DNA of 64,000 nucleotides. Source: Heptranchias perlo. Taxonomy: Eukaryota. This document shows, one piece after another, positions 47,567 through 59,100 of the stretch. Each line of letters begins with the position of its first letter. Within the stretch, counting starts at the first letter, position 1. The notes under the pieces were generated by a model that made no database searches, had not been told where the DNA came from, and was given only the letters and a program-made list of their open reading frames with translations. Made by a program: the position numbers and the translations under genes. The stretch spans positions 16,244,001 through 16,308,000 of the forward strand of contig NC_090346.1 in NCBI RefSeq assembly GCF_035084215.1, read 5' to 3'.

Positions 47567-48861
47567 AACTCTGCTTCAAACAGGGTAAATTTGCCTTGAC
47601 CCGTTATCCCCACGAAGTGATGAGTGGGTGGTGAAGATTCGACACGACTGCATTGAACCCTCTCTCTGACCCCGTGCTCCCTTCAAGCTCAGCTCCCCAC
47701 AGGGAGCACCGGATCGGGGAATTTACACTAAAGACCTGTGGAGTCGTTCAAGAGGGAGCTGACACTGTGACAGTTCTATTGGAGGCTGGAGGGGCTGAAT
47801 GGCCTCCCCCCTCCCCCACCTATGTACCTGAGGGAGGAGTAACCAAACTCATTTTTTGGCAACTGATTAACCAAACTAGAGTTAACTAAATTAACTGAAA
47901 TACAATCAAAATAAAAATGTTCCTCAGAAAAGTTTCAGCACTGACTGAATACTTTTTAAAAGAAAACTCCAATTACATTTATTAACTTTTGTGACCATAG
48001 TTTTGAAGAAAGATGTCTCGATGCAACACAAAACGACAGGGAAGGAAAAATAAATCCCATCACCTGGCAACACTGTAACTATGGGTACAAGCAAGTACAT
48101 ATGAGGGCCCTATACAAACAGCACTTCCAACCGGGTTATTTATACCATATATTCTGTAAAAATGCACAGCTGCCTTTTTAAAATCTTTTTGTGGTAGTTT
48201 TCTCTGGGTCTGGGGGTAACTCACCTCCTCCCTCTCTGACATGGCCCAGCTCTTGTTTGGTTCCAAGCAGCAGGCCCTCGTCCCCTAAACACCCTGAATT
48301 ATCACCATTTCCCCAGTCGAAGCTAATTCTTCATTTGCTCCCAGACTCACTCTCTCAATTGTTTCACTGTTGTTTCTCACCCAAAGATCTCAAGTTCCAA
48401 ACTTCTTCACTGTTCCCGTTGCTAAGCAGGCAAAAGGTTAGTGTTTGTCCGTCTGCCGTGAGTCCTGTACCTTGATGTAAAAATAGATCAATAAATGGAG
48501 CCCTCGTGATGGATACAAGTCATCGCTCCCCTGGCAGTCGCTCCAGTTCAGAACAGTCTCCATCTAATCTGCAGCCAACACCTGCATCTAATTTATTTCT
48601 CACAAATAACATTTTGAAGATCATTTTCCTTCTAATTATTTTCTAATTTTGACTGCCCCCACTCCTGCCCCCTCGCTCTACTTCCTGTCCACAAGCCTCT
48701 CCACCCACCCCCCTCGAGGTGCTGCCCACAACAAGGTCATGAACGGCCACTGGCCAACTCAGCCTCTATCCCTGGGAAATGAGTCAGGCCACCTCACTTT
48801 ATTCTGTCAGCACGGGCCATGGGGAATCACTGCGCCAAACCGCAGCGCAGGCAAACCCGCA

Positions 48862-51800
48862 CCCGGGCAAACGCAGAGTCCGGGCAAACGCAGAGTCTGT
48901 ACATACCCAGAGTCCGCACAAACCCAGAGTCCGTACAAACCCAGAGTCCGCACAAACCCAGAGTCTGTACATACCCAGAGTCCGCACAAACACAGAGTCT
49001 GTACATACCCAGAGTCCGCACAAACACAGAGTCTGCACAAACACAGAGTCTGTACATACCCAGAGTCCGCACAAACACAGAGTCTGCACAAACACAGAGT
49101 CTGTACATACCCAGAGTCCGCACAAACACAGAGTCTGTACATACCCAGAGTCACACAAACCCAGAGTCCACACATACCCAGAGTCCGCACATACCCAGAG
49201 TCCGCACATACCCAGAGTCTGCACAAACACAGAGTCCGCACAAACCCAGAGTCTGCACAAACCCAGAGTCTGCACAAACACAGAGTCTGCACAAACCCAG
49301 AGTCCGCACATACCCAGAGTCCGCACATACCCAGAGTCTGTACATACCCAGAGTCTGCACAAACCCAGAGTCTGTACATACCCAGAGTCTGCACAAACCC
49401 AGAGTCCGCACATACCCAGAGTCCGCACATACCCAGAGTCTGTACATACCCAGAGTCCGCACAAACACAGAGTCTGTACATACCCAGAGTCCGCACAAAC
49501 ACAGAGTCTGTACATACCCAGAGTCCGCACATACCTAGAGTCCGCACAAACACAGAGTCTGTACATACCCAGAGTCCGCACAAACACAGAGTCTGTACAT
49601 ACCCAGAGTCCGCACAAACACAGAGTCTGCACAAACCCAGAGTCCGCACATACCCAGAGTCCGCACAAACCCAGAGTCTGCACAAACACAGAGTCTGCAC
49701 AAACCCAGAGTCCGCACAAACCCAGAGTCCGCACATACCCAGAGTCCGCACATACACAGAGTCCGCACATACCCAGAGTCTGTACGTACCCAGAGTCTGC
49801 ACAAACCCAGAGTCTGTACATACCCAGAGTCCGCACATACCCAGAGTCCGCACATACCCAGAGTCTGTACATACCCAGAGTCTGCACAAACCCAGAGTCC
49901 GCACATACCCAGAGTCCGCACATACCCAGAGTCTGTACATACCCAGAGTCTGCACAAACCCAGAGTCTGTACATACCCAGAGTCTGCACAAACCCAGAGT
50001 CCGCACAAACCCAGAGTCTGTACATACCCAGAGTCCGCACATACCCAGAGTCCGCACATACCCAGAGTCTGTACATACCCAGAGTCTGCACAAACCCAGA
50101 GTCTGTACATACCCAGAGTCCGCACATACCCAGAGTCTGTACATACCCAGAGTCTGCACAAACCCAGAGTCCGCACATACCCAGAGTCCGCACATACCCA
50201 GAGTCCGCACATACCCAGAGTCTGTACATACCCAGAGTCTGCACAAACCCAGAGTCTGTACATACCCAGAGTCTGCACAAACCCAGAGTCCGCACATACC
50301 CAGAGTCCGCACATACCCAGAGTCCGTACATACCCAGAGTCCGTACATACCCAGAGTCCGCACAAACCCAGAGTCTGCACAAACCCAGAGTCCGCACATA
50401 CCCAGAGTCCGCACATACCCAGAGTCTGTACATACCCAGAGTCCGCACATACCCAGAGTCCGCACATACCCAGAGTCTGTACATACCCAGAGTCTGCACA
50501 AACCCAGAGTCTGTACATACCCAGAGTCCGCACATACCCAGAGTCTGTACATACCCAGAGTCTGCACATACCCAGAGTCCGCACATACCCAGAGTCCGCA
50601 CAAACGCAGAGTCCGCACAAACGCAGAGTCTGTACATACCCAGAGTCCGCACATACCCAGAGTCCGCACATACCCAGAGTCCGCACATACCCAGAGTCCG
50701 CACAAACGCAGAGTCTGTACATACCCAGAGTCCGCACAAACACAGAGTCTGTACATACCCAGAGTCCGCACAAACACAGAGTCTGTACATACCCAGAGTC
50801 CGCACAAACACAGAGTCTGTACATACCCAGAGTCCGCACAAACACAGAGTCTGTACATACCCAGAGTCCGCACAAACACAGAGTCTGTACATACCCAGAG
50901 TCCGCACAAACACAGAGTCTGTACATACCCAGAGTCCGCACAAACACAGAGTCTGTACATACCCAGAGTCCGCACAAACACAGAGTCCGCACATACCCAG
51001 AGTCCGCACATACCCAGAGTCTGTATATACCCAGAGTCTGTACATACCCAGAGTCTGTACATACCCAGAGTCCGCACATACCCAGAGTCCGCACATACCC
51101 AGAGTCCGCACATACCCAGAGTCTGTATATACCCAGAGTCTGTACATACCCAGAGTCTGCACATACCCAGAGTCCCCACATACCCAGAGTCCGCACATAC
51201 CCAGAGTCCGCACATACCCAGAGTCCGTATATACCCAGAGTCTGTATATACCCAGAGTCCCCACATACCCAGAGTCTGTACATACCCAGAGTCTGTATAT
51301 ACCCAGAGTCCCCACATACCCAGAGTCTGTACATACCCAGAGTCTGTATATACCCAGAGTCCGCACATACCCAGAGTCTGTATATACCCAGAGTCCCCAC
51401 ATACCCAGAGTCTGTATATACCCAGAGTCCCCACATACCCAGAGTCCCCACATACCCAGAGTCCGTACATACCCAGAGTCCGTATATACCCAGAGTCCCC
51501 ACATACCCAGAGTCTGTATATACCCAGAGTCCGCACATACCCAGAGTCTGTATATACCCAGAGTCCCCACATACCCAGAGTCTGTATATACCCAGAGTCC
51601 CCACATACCCAGAGTCCGTACATACCCAGAGTCCGTACATACCCAGAGTCCGTATATACCCAGAGTCCCCACATACCCAGAGTCCGTACATACCCAGAGT
51701 CCGTATATACCCAGAGTCCGCACAAACCCACGGCCACACAAACCCAGAGTTCTCACAAACGCAGAGTCTGCACAAACACAGAGTCTGCACATACCCAGAG

Positions 51801-52737
51801 TCTGTATATACCCAGAGTCCGCACAAACCTAGAGTCTGTACATACCCAGAGTCCACAAATACCCGGAGTTCTCACAAACGCAGAGTCCGCACAAATGCAG
51901 AGTCCGCATATACCCAGAGTGACACAAACCCAGTGTCACACAAACCCAGAGTCCGCACATACCCAGAGTCCGCACATACCCAGAGTCCGCACATACCCAG
52001 AGTCCCCACATACCCAGAGTCTGTACATACCCAGAGTCCCCACATACCCAGAGTCCCCACATACCCAGAGTCCCCACATACCCAGAGTCCCCACATACCC
52101 AGAGTCCCCACATACCCAGAGTCCCCACATACCCAGAGTCCCCACATACCCAGAGTCCGTACATATCCAGAGTCCCCACATACCCAGAGTCCGCACATAC
52201 CCAGAGTCCGTACATATCCAGAGTCCCCACATACCCAGAGTCTGCACATACCCAGAGTCCCCACATACCCAGAGTCTGCACAAACCCAGAGTCCCCACAT
52301 ACCCAGAGTCCGTACATACCCAGAGTCCCCACATACCCAGAGTCCGTACATATCCAGAGTCCCCACATACCCAGAGTCCGCACATACCCAGAGTCCGCAC
52401 ATACCCAGAGTCCGCACATACCCAGAGTCCGCACATACCCAGAGTCCCCACATACCCAGAGTCCGCACATACCCAGAGTCCGCACATACCCAGAGTCCGT
52501 ACATATCCAGAGTCCCCACATACCCAGAGTCCCCACAAACCCAGAGTCTGCACAAACCCAGAGTCTGCACAAACCCAGAGTCCCCACAAACCCAGAGTCT
52601 GCACAAACCCAGAGTCCCCACATACCCAGAGTCCCCACAAACCCAGAGTCTGCACAAACCCAGAGTCCGCACATACCCAGAGTCCGCACATACCCAGGGT
52701 CTGTATATACCCAGAGTCACACATACCCAGAGTCCGC
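48862..52737 (+). repeat. 17-bp minisatellite (CCCAGAGTCCGCACATA and variants), ~225 copies
   Basis: Seen directly; 17-aa periodicity in the spurious ORFs. Confidence 0.97.
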
Positions 52738-54777
52738 GCTGTCTTATTTTGGTTTCATCTACCTGCAGTCGCACTTTCAGGTAATTCTGTAATTGAACCC
52801 CACAGTCTCTCTTTTCACCACCACCCTTCAGTGTCTCTCCATTAACTGTAAACTCTCATTCCTTGTTTTTCCTCCTAAAAGTCTCCCCTCACACTGCTCC
52901 CCCATTAAACTGAGTGTCCCACTCTGCCCATTTCCCAATCTGTCTGTCTCCTAAAGTCCTTTACTATTCTCCTCACTGTTTGCCAAACCTCCTACTTTTA
53001 TGTTGTCTACTTTGTGTCCCCTAAACCCAAATCACCTCAATATACCAAGTCTTCCCTTCCTCATACATTCTACAGGCTTTTAAAACCCAAACTTAGTATC
53101 ATCTAAACATCACTTCTCCGCTGACCATGTTCTCTCTTTCTTCCTTCAATCTTGGTGTCTGCCACTGTGGATTTGTGGAGACTGTAGTTTCTCAGTATAA
53201 GGTCATTGTGAGGTACACACTGACTAATATCCTCACTGTATTGATTATCAATCAATATCAATGCTCTCCAGTCCTAGTATAAATTATTTGAGGGGCCGTA
53301 AGCTTTTCTTTTCAAAGTTGTTTCTGCGAACTGTTTCTAAATCCATTTCCTAATTAAAGAGATGTAGAGCCGTGACCTTCACTTATCATGTGGAGCTTTT
53401 CTAGGCCCTAAGCTCTGGAATTCCCTCCCTAAACCTCTCCCCACTCTCTCTCTTCCTTTAAGACGCTGCTTAAAGCCTACCTCATTGACCAAGCTTTTGG
53501 TCACCTGCCCTAATGTCTCCTTATGTGGCTTGGCATCAATTTGTGTTTGTTAATCGCTCCTGTAAAGTGTCTTGGGACGTTTTACTACGTTAACGGTGCT
53601 GTATAAATGCAAGTTGTTGTTTGAGAATTCCTTGCTCTCGGAGAGCTGGAGGATGAAGAGAAGGTGCCACTATCTGGGGAGGTCTTATCGGACTTGTACT
53701 TACCCAAGGAGTCGATGTTGTTAATTGTATCCATGTGATTTATATCAATTAGTGTTAATTATATTCAGATGGAGGGTATCAATTGGGGCTCTATTGTATC
53801 CATATATAAGAGAACTTATCTAGGGTGTGGTGTGGGTAATGTGGAGCTCTGTGAATAAAGGCTTGGAAGCAACTGAAGACCAGGCTCTAGTATTCTATCG
53901 TTTACCACTGGGCTATCTAGTTTGTTACAGATGTCCAGACAATGGGGTGTCCAAGGGGTTATGTGTTTGCTCTTTACACTTCACCAGGTTGGCAATGTCT
54001 GAACTTGGCCATTTCCTGAAGGCTGACCTCTCTCACTGGGACCTTTTCATCGCTGGCTCCTCTCAACAATAATTGCATTTATACAGCACCTTTAATGTAG
54101 TAAAATGTCCCAAGGCGCTTCACAGGAGTGTAATCAAACAAAATTTGACACCGAGCCACATAAGGAGATATTAATACAAGTGACCAAAAGCTTGTCAAAG
54201 ATGTAGGTTTTAAGGACCGTCTTAAAGGAGGAGAGGGAGAGGTTTAGGGAGGGAATTCCAGAGCTTGGGGCCTAAGCAGCTAAAGAACATAAGAACATAA
54301 GAAATAGGAGCAGGAGTAGGCCAATCGGCCCCTTGAGCCTGCTCCACCATTCAATAAGATCATGGCTGATCTGATCCGCCAATGGTGGAGTGAGTGGAGT
54401 GTCACCTATCAGGTCAGCCGGTCTGCAAGCTTAGTTTGACAGGATCCAGGCCTTCAGAGCTCTGCTTATGGGCGGCCACTTAGGAAGAAGGGACCTTCAG
54501 TGCAGGAGGTGAGAGCTGCGACACGAAGAGCCAGTGGAGGAAAGCTGCAGCCTGGGCGAGCAGATACTGTTGATCAGCGAGCTGTGGTTTCCAGCCTGGT
54601 CATCTGGCAAGTGTTGGTCAAGACTCTGGCCCTTGGATTTGAGGTGGTAATGATGGTTGCTGTTCAGGGGAATGGCAGGTTCCAGTGCAGAGTCTTAAAA
54701 GCAAATATAAGACAGCTGATACACTATGTGGGGTCACATATGAAGAATGGCCACTGGGGTGAGGTACCAAAAGAAAA

Positions 54778-55212
54778 GAGAGACTTGTATTTATATAACA
54801 CCTTTCACAACCTCAGGACGTCCCAAAGCACTTTACAGCCAATGAAATACTTTTGAAGTGTAGTCACTGTGGTAATGTGGAAAACACAACAGCCAATTTG
54901 CGCACAGCAAGATCCCACAAACAGCAATGTGATAATGACCAGATAATCTGTTTTAGTGATGTTGGTTGGCCTGATCACCAGACAGAACTCCCCTGCTCTT
55001 CTTCAAAAAGTGCTGTGGGATCCTTTACATCCACCTGAGAGGGCAGACGGGTTTAATGTCTCATCCGAAAGACGGCACCTCCGACAGTGCAGCACTCCCT
55101 CAGTACTGGCGCTGGGAGTGTCGGCCTGGACTATGTGCTCAAGTGTCTGGAGTGGGGCTTGAACCCACGACCGTCTGACTCAGAGGGGAGAGTGCCCGCT
55201 GAGCCCTGGCTG
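54778..55212 (-). mobile_element. DeuSINE (SacSINE1-like) just upstream of the PLK1 promoter
   Basis: Same family as 29779-30225. Confidence 0.78.
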
Positions 55213-55359
55213 CTGCCCCGCACAGCTGTACCCAGCAAGGAGGGGAGGGCAGAAACCTGGGGCGAATGACATTGTCTCAGATGGAACCCCCTCAGTGCAG
55301 CTCAAGTCCCCGCCTTTTTTGTCCTCCGTTGCCCAGGAAATAGCATGCAGGTTTGCCGG

Positions 55360-55625
55360 AGCTCTGATTGGTCGGCTGAGCTGCCAATCACACGCGGCTG
55401 CCCGGCACCCGCCCGGGAGCATTTAAACCGCTCGCTCCCGGCGTGCAGCGCGGCGCCGGGTTCTATTTAAATGACATCAACCAATAGGGAGCGACGCTGA
55501 GCTCGCTAACGGCCGACGCTCCAGATTTGAATCAGAGCCCGCGAGCTGCTGGCCTGGGACGGACGCACCGGGCACTTTATAACCGCCTCCCGCAGTATCA
55601 CCGTGCGGCAGGGCTTCGAAACTCG
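55360..55625 (+). promoter_or_regulatory. PLK1 G2/M-type promoter (CCAAT boxes, MYB site, CHR)
   Basis: CpG-rich; ATTGG 55367, CCAAT 55384 and 55481, TAACGG 55507-55512, TTTGAA 55526-55531, further CHR-like TTTAAA (55422, 55466) and TTCGAA (55615). Confidence 0.75.
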
Positions 55626-55775
55626 CAGTCTCCCGTCTCCAAGTACAGCTTTACCGGCTGAAGCAGTGCCCGAGCCCGCGGCTGCAGCCACTCGGGTGTC
55701 ACGGGCCCGAAAAGGAGTCGATTCGTTCGCTTTGGGATTTTTTTTTTTCCTTTTTCTCCATTGAACCGGTTAAAA

Positions 55776-56144
55776 ATGACCACGGTATCCGGTAAACCGT
55801 CAGCCAAGGTGGGGGCAGCGGCCGCGGTGGTGCCCCCACCGGTGGCCAAGGAGATCCCCGACATCCTGGTGAACCCCAAGACCATGAAGAGGTACTTGAG
55901 GGGTCGCTTCCTGGGCAAAGGGGGCTTCGCCAAGTGCTACGAGATCACCGACATGGACACCAAGGAGGTGTTCGCCGGCAAGATCGTGTCCAAGACCCTG
56001 TTAATGAAGCCGCACCAGAGGGAGAAGATGTCCATGGAGATCTCCATCCACAAGAGCGTCAACCACGCCAATGTGGTGGGCTTCCACGGCTTCTTCGAGG
56101 ACGATGACTTCGTCTATGTTGTGCTGGAGCTGTGCAGGCGGAGG
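55776..56144 (+). CDS. PLK1: PLK1 exon 1
   Basis: MTTVSGK...[13 protein letters not shown]...LELCRRR|gtgagt. Confidence 0.95.
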
Positions 56145-59100
56145 GTGAGTGCTCGGGGTTGGGGTGGGTGGGAAGGACCGGGATACGAGCTGCCTGCTCT
56201 GACACTGAGGGGTGGCTTGTGTCTAACTCCCCGGGACTGACCGTTTCAAACGGGGATGCGGTGGAACAAAGGAACCCGACTAATGTAGCGCCTCGCCGCG
56301 TTCGGACGGTGGAACCAACTGTAACAATTTGGTGGGGAGGGAGGGAGCGGCTCGGTACATCCAGGCAGGACCGGCAACAATGTATCGAGGTGGGGGTAAA
56401 CTGGCAACATTGTATCGAGTCCGAGCCGGTGGGTTGGTTACTGTGTATCCGCTCAGGGCGCCACGTTCTAACCGCCCCGTCTGTCAGTTTCAGCCCATGT
56501 CAGTTTCCAGCGCTGGACTTTATCCGGGTCCATTCTCCCCTCTTTCTTTCCTTCCCCCCGGGCTCTCCGGGATGAATTGGGGTTTGTTCCGATTCGGGAG
56601 CCGATCAGAGTCTGGACCCAGGCTGCTCGCCTCCCCATTGGTGACTCTTTTAAAGGGAGTTTATATTTAAAAATCCGGCAGCTCGCAGCGGGTTGGCTGT
56701 CGGGAGAGTCCCGTCTCTGAGGGCGGAGCCACCCGATCAGCAAATGAAACAGGGGAGGAAATGGCAACTGAAACCCGCTGGCGACTCTTACACCCTTCCC
56801 AGCCCGTCGCCCCCCTCCACTCCGCACCAATTGACTCAGTAAAGGGACTGTTAGTACCTGCTTCTCCCGCCTGAGAAACTCTTGTAGGGGGGCCGTCTCG
56901 GAAGGCTCCGGTACCCCGGAGGGTGTCCACGTTTTGCCGGTCGGGTTCAGGCAGTAATCATCCCCTGGTGGTTGATCTTTACAGTTTTTTTTATCGAAAC
57001 TTTTTTCCTCTTTTAAACCTTCTCTTTTGATGGCGATAATAAAAAATGCCTGTTTTCAGTCTTTGTTAGAGTTGCACAAGAGGCGGAAGGCTGTGACTGA
57101 GCCCGAGGCCCGGTATTACCTGAGGCAAACCATCCTGGGCAGCCAATATCTGCACAACAACCACGTTATCCATCGGGATCTCAAGCTGGGCAATCTCTTC
57201 CTCAATGACGACATGGAAGTGAAAATAGGTAAAACATTGGACCGCGTCCTGTCCGGGGGTCGGTACTGGACGGCCGGTTCTGGAGCTAACTGACCCACAC
57301 ATTAAGATGCCAAAATGTTAGTTCTTTACTGTAAACCTGTCACATGCACGAACTTTTTTTTAAGAAATCAAATTCACATGCCTATGGGATGTATCCTTTT
57401 TTAAAATATAAAAAATCCTTCCCATACACCAGAGAAGTGGAGCAGCACAAAGATTGCGGGGCTAATTTTCTTGTATTGGTGCTAGTCATTTCTTGAGTGC
57501 TAAAAGTTTTAAGAGCTGCCGCTAATCTGGCCGGGTTGGTGACCTATTACACACTCCGGTTCCCTGGATCAGCCCAGGTGTGTTAATATTCCCAGGGCCG
57601 GTGTAAGGAGCAGTAGTGCTGGGGGTGGGAAATTTCAAGTGTAATTTAAAGGAGAGTGTCACAACGGGTGTAACAAATTTCTGAACTGCTCAAAGCATCT
57701 CGATCCATTTGCCACGGCTGAAAGGGGCTAGGGTTTAAGCCTGAGGGTATGAAGCCCCCTTCCCCACAATGAGGTGCTTTGAGGCTGCAGCTGACACTCT
57801 TTGGCCTATGATGCATGTTAGCAGGTGGCACAGTGCACTAATACTATGGCTTTCTGCTGATCCCAACTCTGAAGTCAATTGCCACCCTGGCTGTTGTCAG
57901 GTAGGTTCCACTGTGCCTGTGTATATGGTTAGCATGTTGGGTGTGGTGAATTGGGCTTTGGGGTCTAATGACCATTCTGACACACCTTCCCTCAAGAATG
58001 ACATGATTGAAGAACAGTCCAGCTTAATGGTTGGTCAGGCCTTCATGTATCCATGTCATTGGTCCTTGCTGTCACTCCTATCTCTGGAGTTGGAGCCTCT
58101 GCATTCACCAGTGTGAATTCTGTCCACTGTGTTGAGATGTGGGTTTTGGACAAGTGGGCACAGAGCATCTCTTGTGCTGCCCAATCTCCCTTTGGTTGTG
58201 GTCCTCTGCTTCCCAGCCCTTCAGATGGGGAATTCCCACTGGGGAAATCAACTGAACAGGACCAAAAGGACAAGTAAAGACCATCGAGCCTGTCCAACTC
58301 TGACATGGTGCCACCATCTCATTCTCTTTCCCCCCCCCCCCCCCCACCAGCCAAGCCAAGCAATCTCCAGGGAGAGGCAAAGAAACAGGCCAACTGGGAA
58401 AAAAAACCTCCTCCGATCCCCAGTGATCCATGAATGACACAACCCACTCACCTACTTTCTACACAGTCCCATCCTCTTTAGTCATGTTGGGTCTGTATTC
58501 TCAGTTCTGCATGACTAAGCATAATCACTAACCTGCGGTGCGGATCTTTTTCAAGGTGACTTTGGCCTGGCCACCACCGTTCAATTTGAAGGAGAGCGCA
58601 AAAGGACCTTGTGTGGGACACCCAACTACATTGCCCCAGAAGTGATTGGCAAGAAAGGGCACAGTTTTGAAGTTGATGTCTGGTCTCTGGGCTGTATTAT
58701 GTGAGTATTCCATCCTCAACTATTGAGGGATTTCAATCGGACTTTTAATTGCATCCTACTGATATGGTTTTTTTTCCCCTCCCTTTGCAGGTATACACTA
58801 CTGGTCGGGAAACCTCCATTTGAAACTTCCTGTCTGAAGGAGACTTACCTGAGAATAAAGAAAAATGAATATAATATTCCCAAGGTGAGTGCTTGGCACT
58901 GAGCTTTCATTTTGGGCAAATTACTTTAAGAACACTCAGGGCATGGGATGAAAGCCTCTAGTGTGTTAAATGGGTTTGGGGGCAATCTTAATCAGTCAGT
59001 GGGTGGGAGTCTGGTCACTAAAGATGATCTCATTCAGACTGCCTTGCTATGAATTAGTTTCACACTTGTTTTGCCTTGTACTGCTGACATGCAATTTTTT

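Noticed and set aside
44861-47613. 833-aa repeat-endonuclease fusion protein
   Set aside because: Chance read-through from a minisatellite into a dead CR1 ORF2; start is non-ATG.
48649-52845. ORFs up to 1398 aa in several frames
   Set aside because: Produced by a stop-free 17-bp tandem unit; open on both strands with 17-aa periodicity and no gene structure.
53403-54283. ~220-bp inverted repeat pair resembling a TIR element
   Set aside because: Both arms are diverged L2-type 3' ends of a family seen elsewhere in the window; most simply independent insertions.
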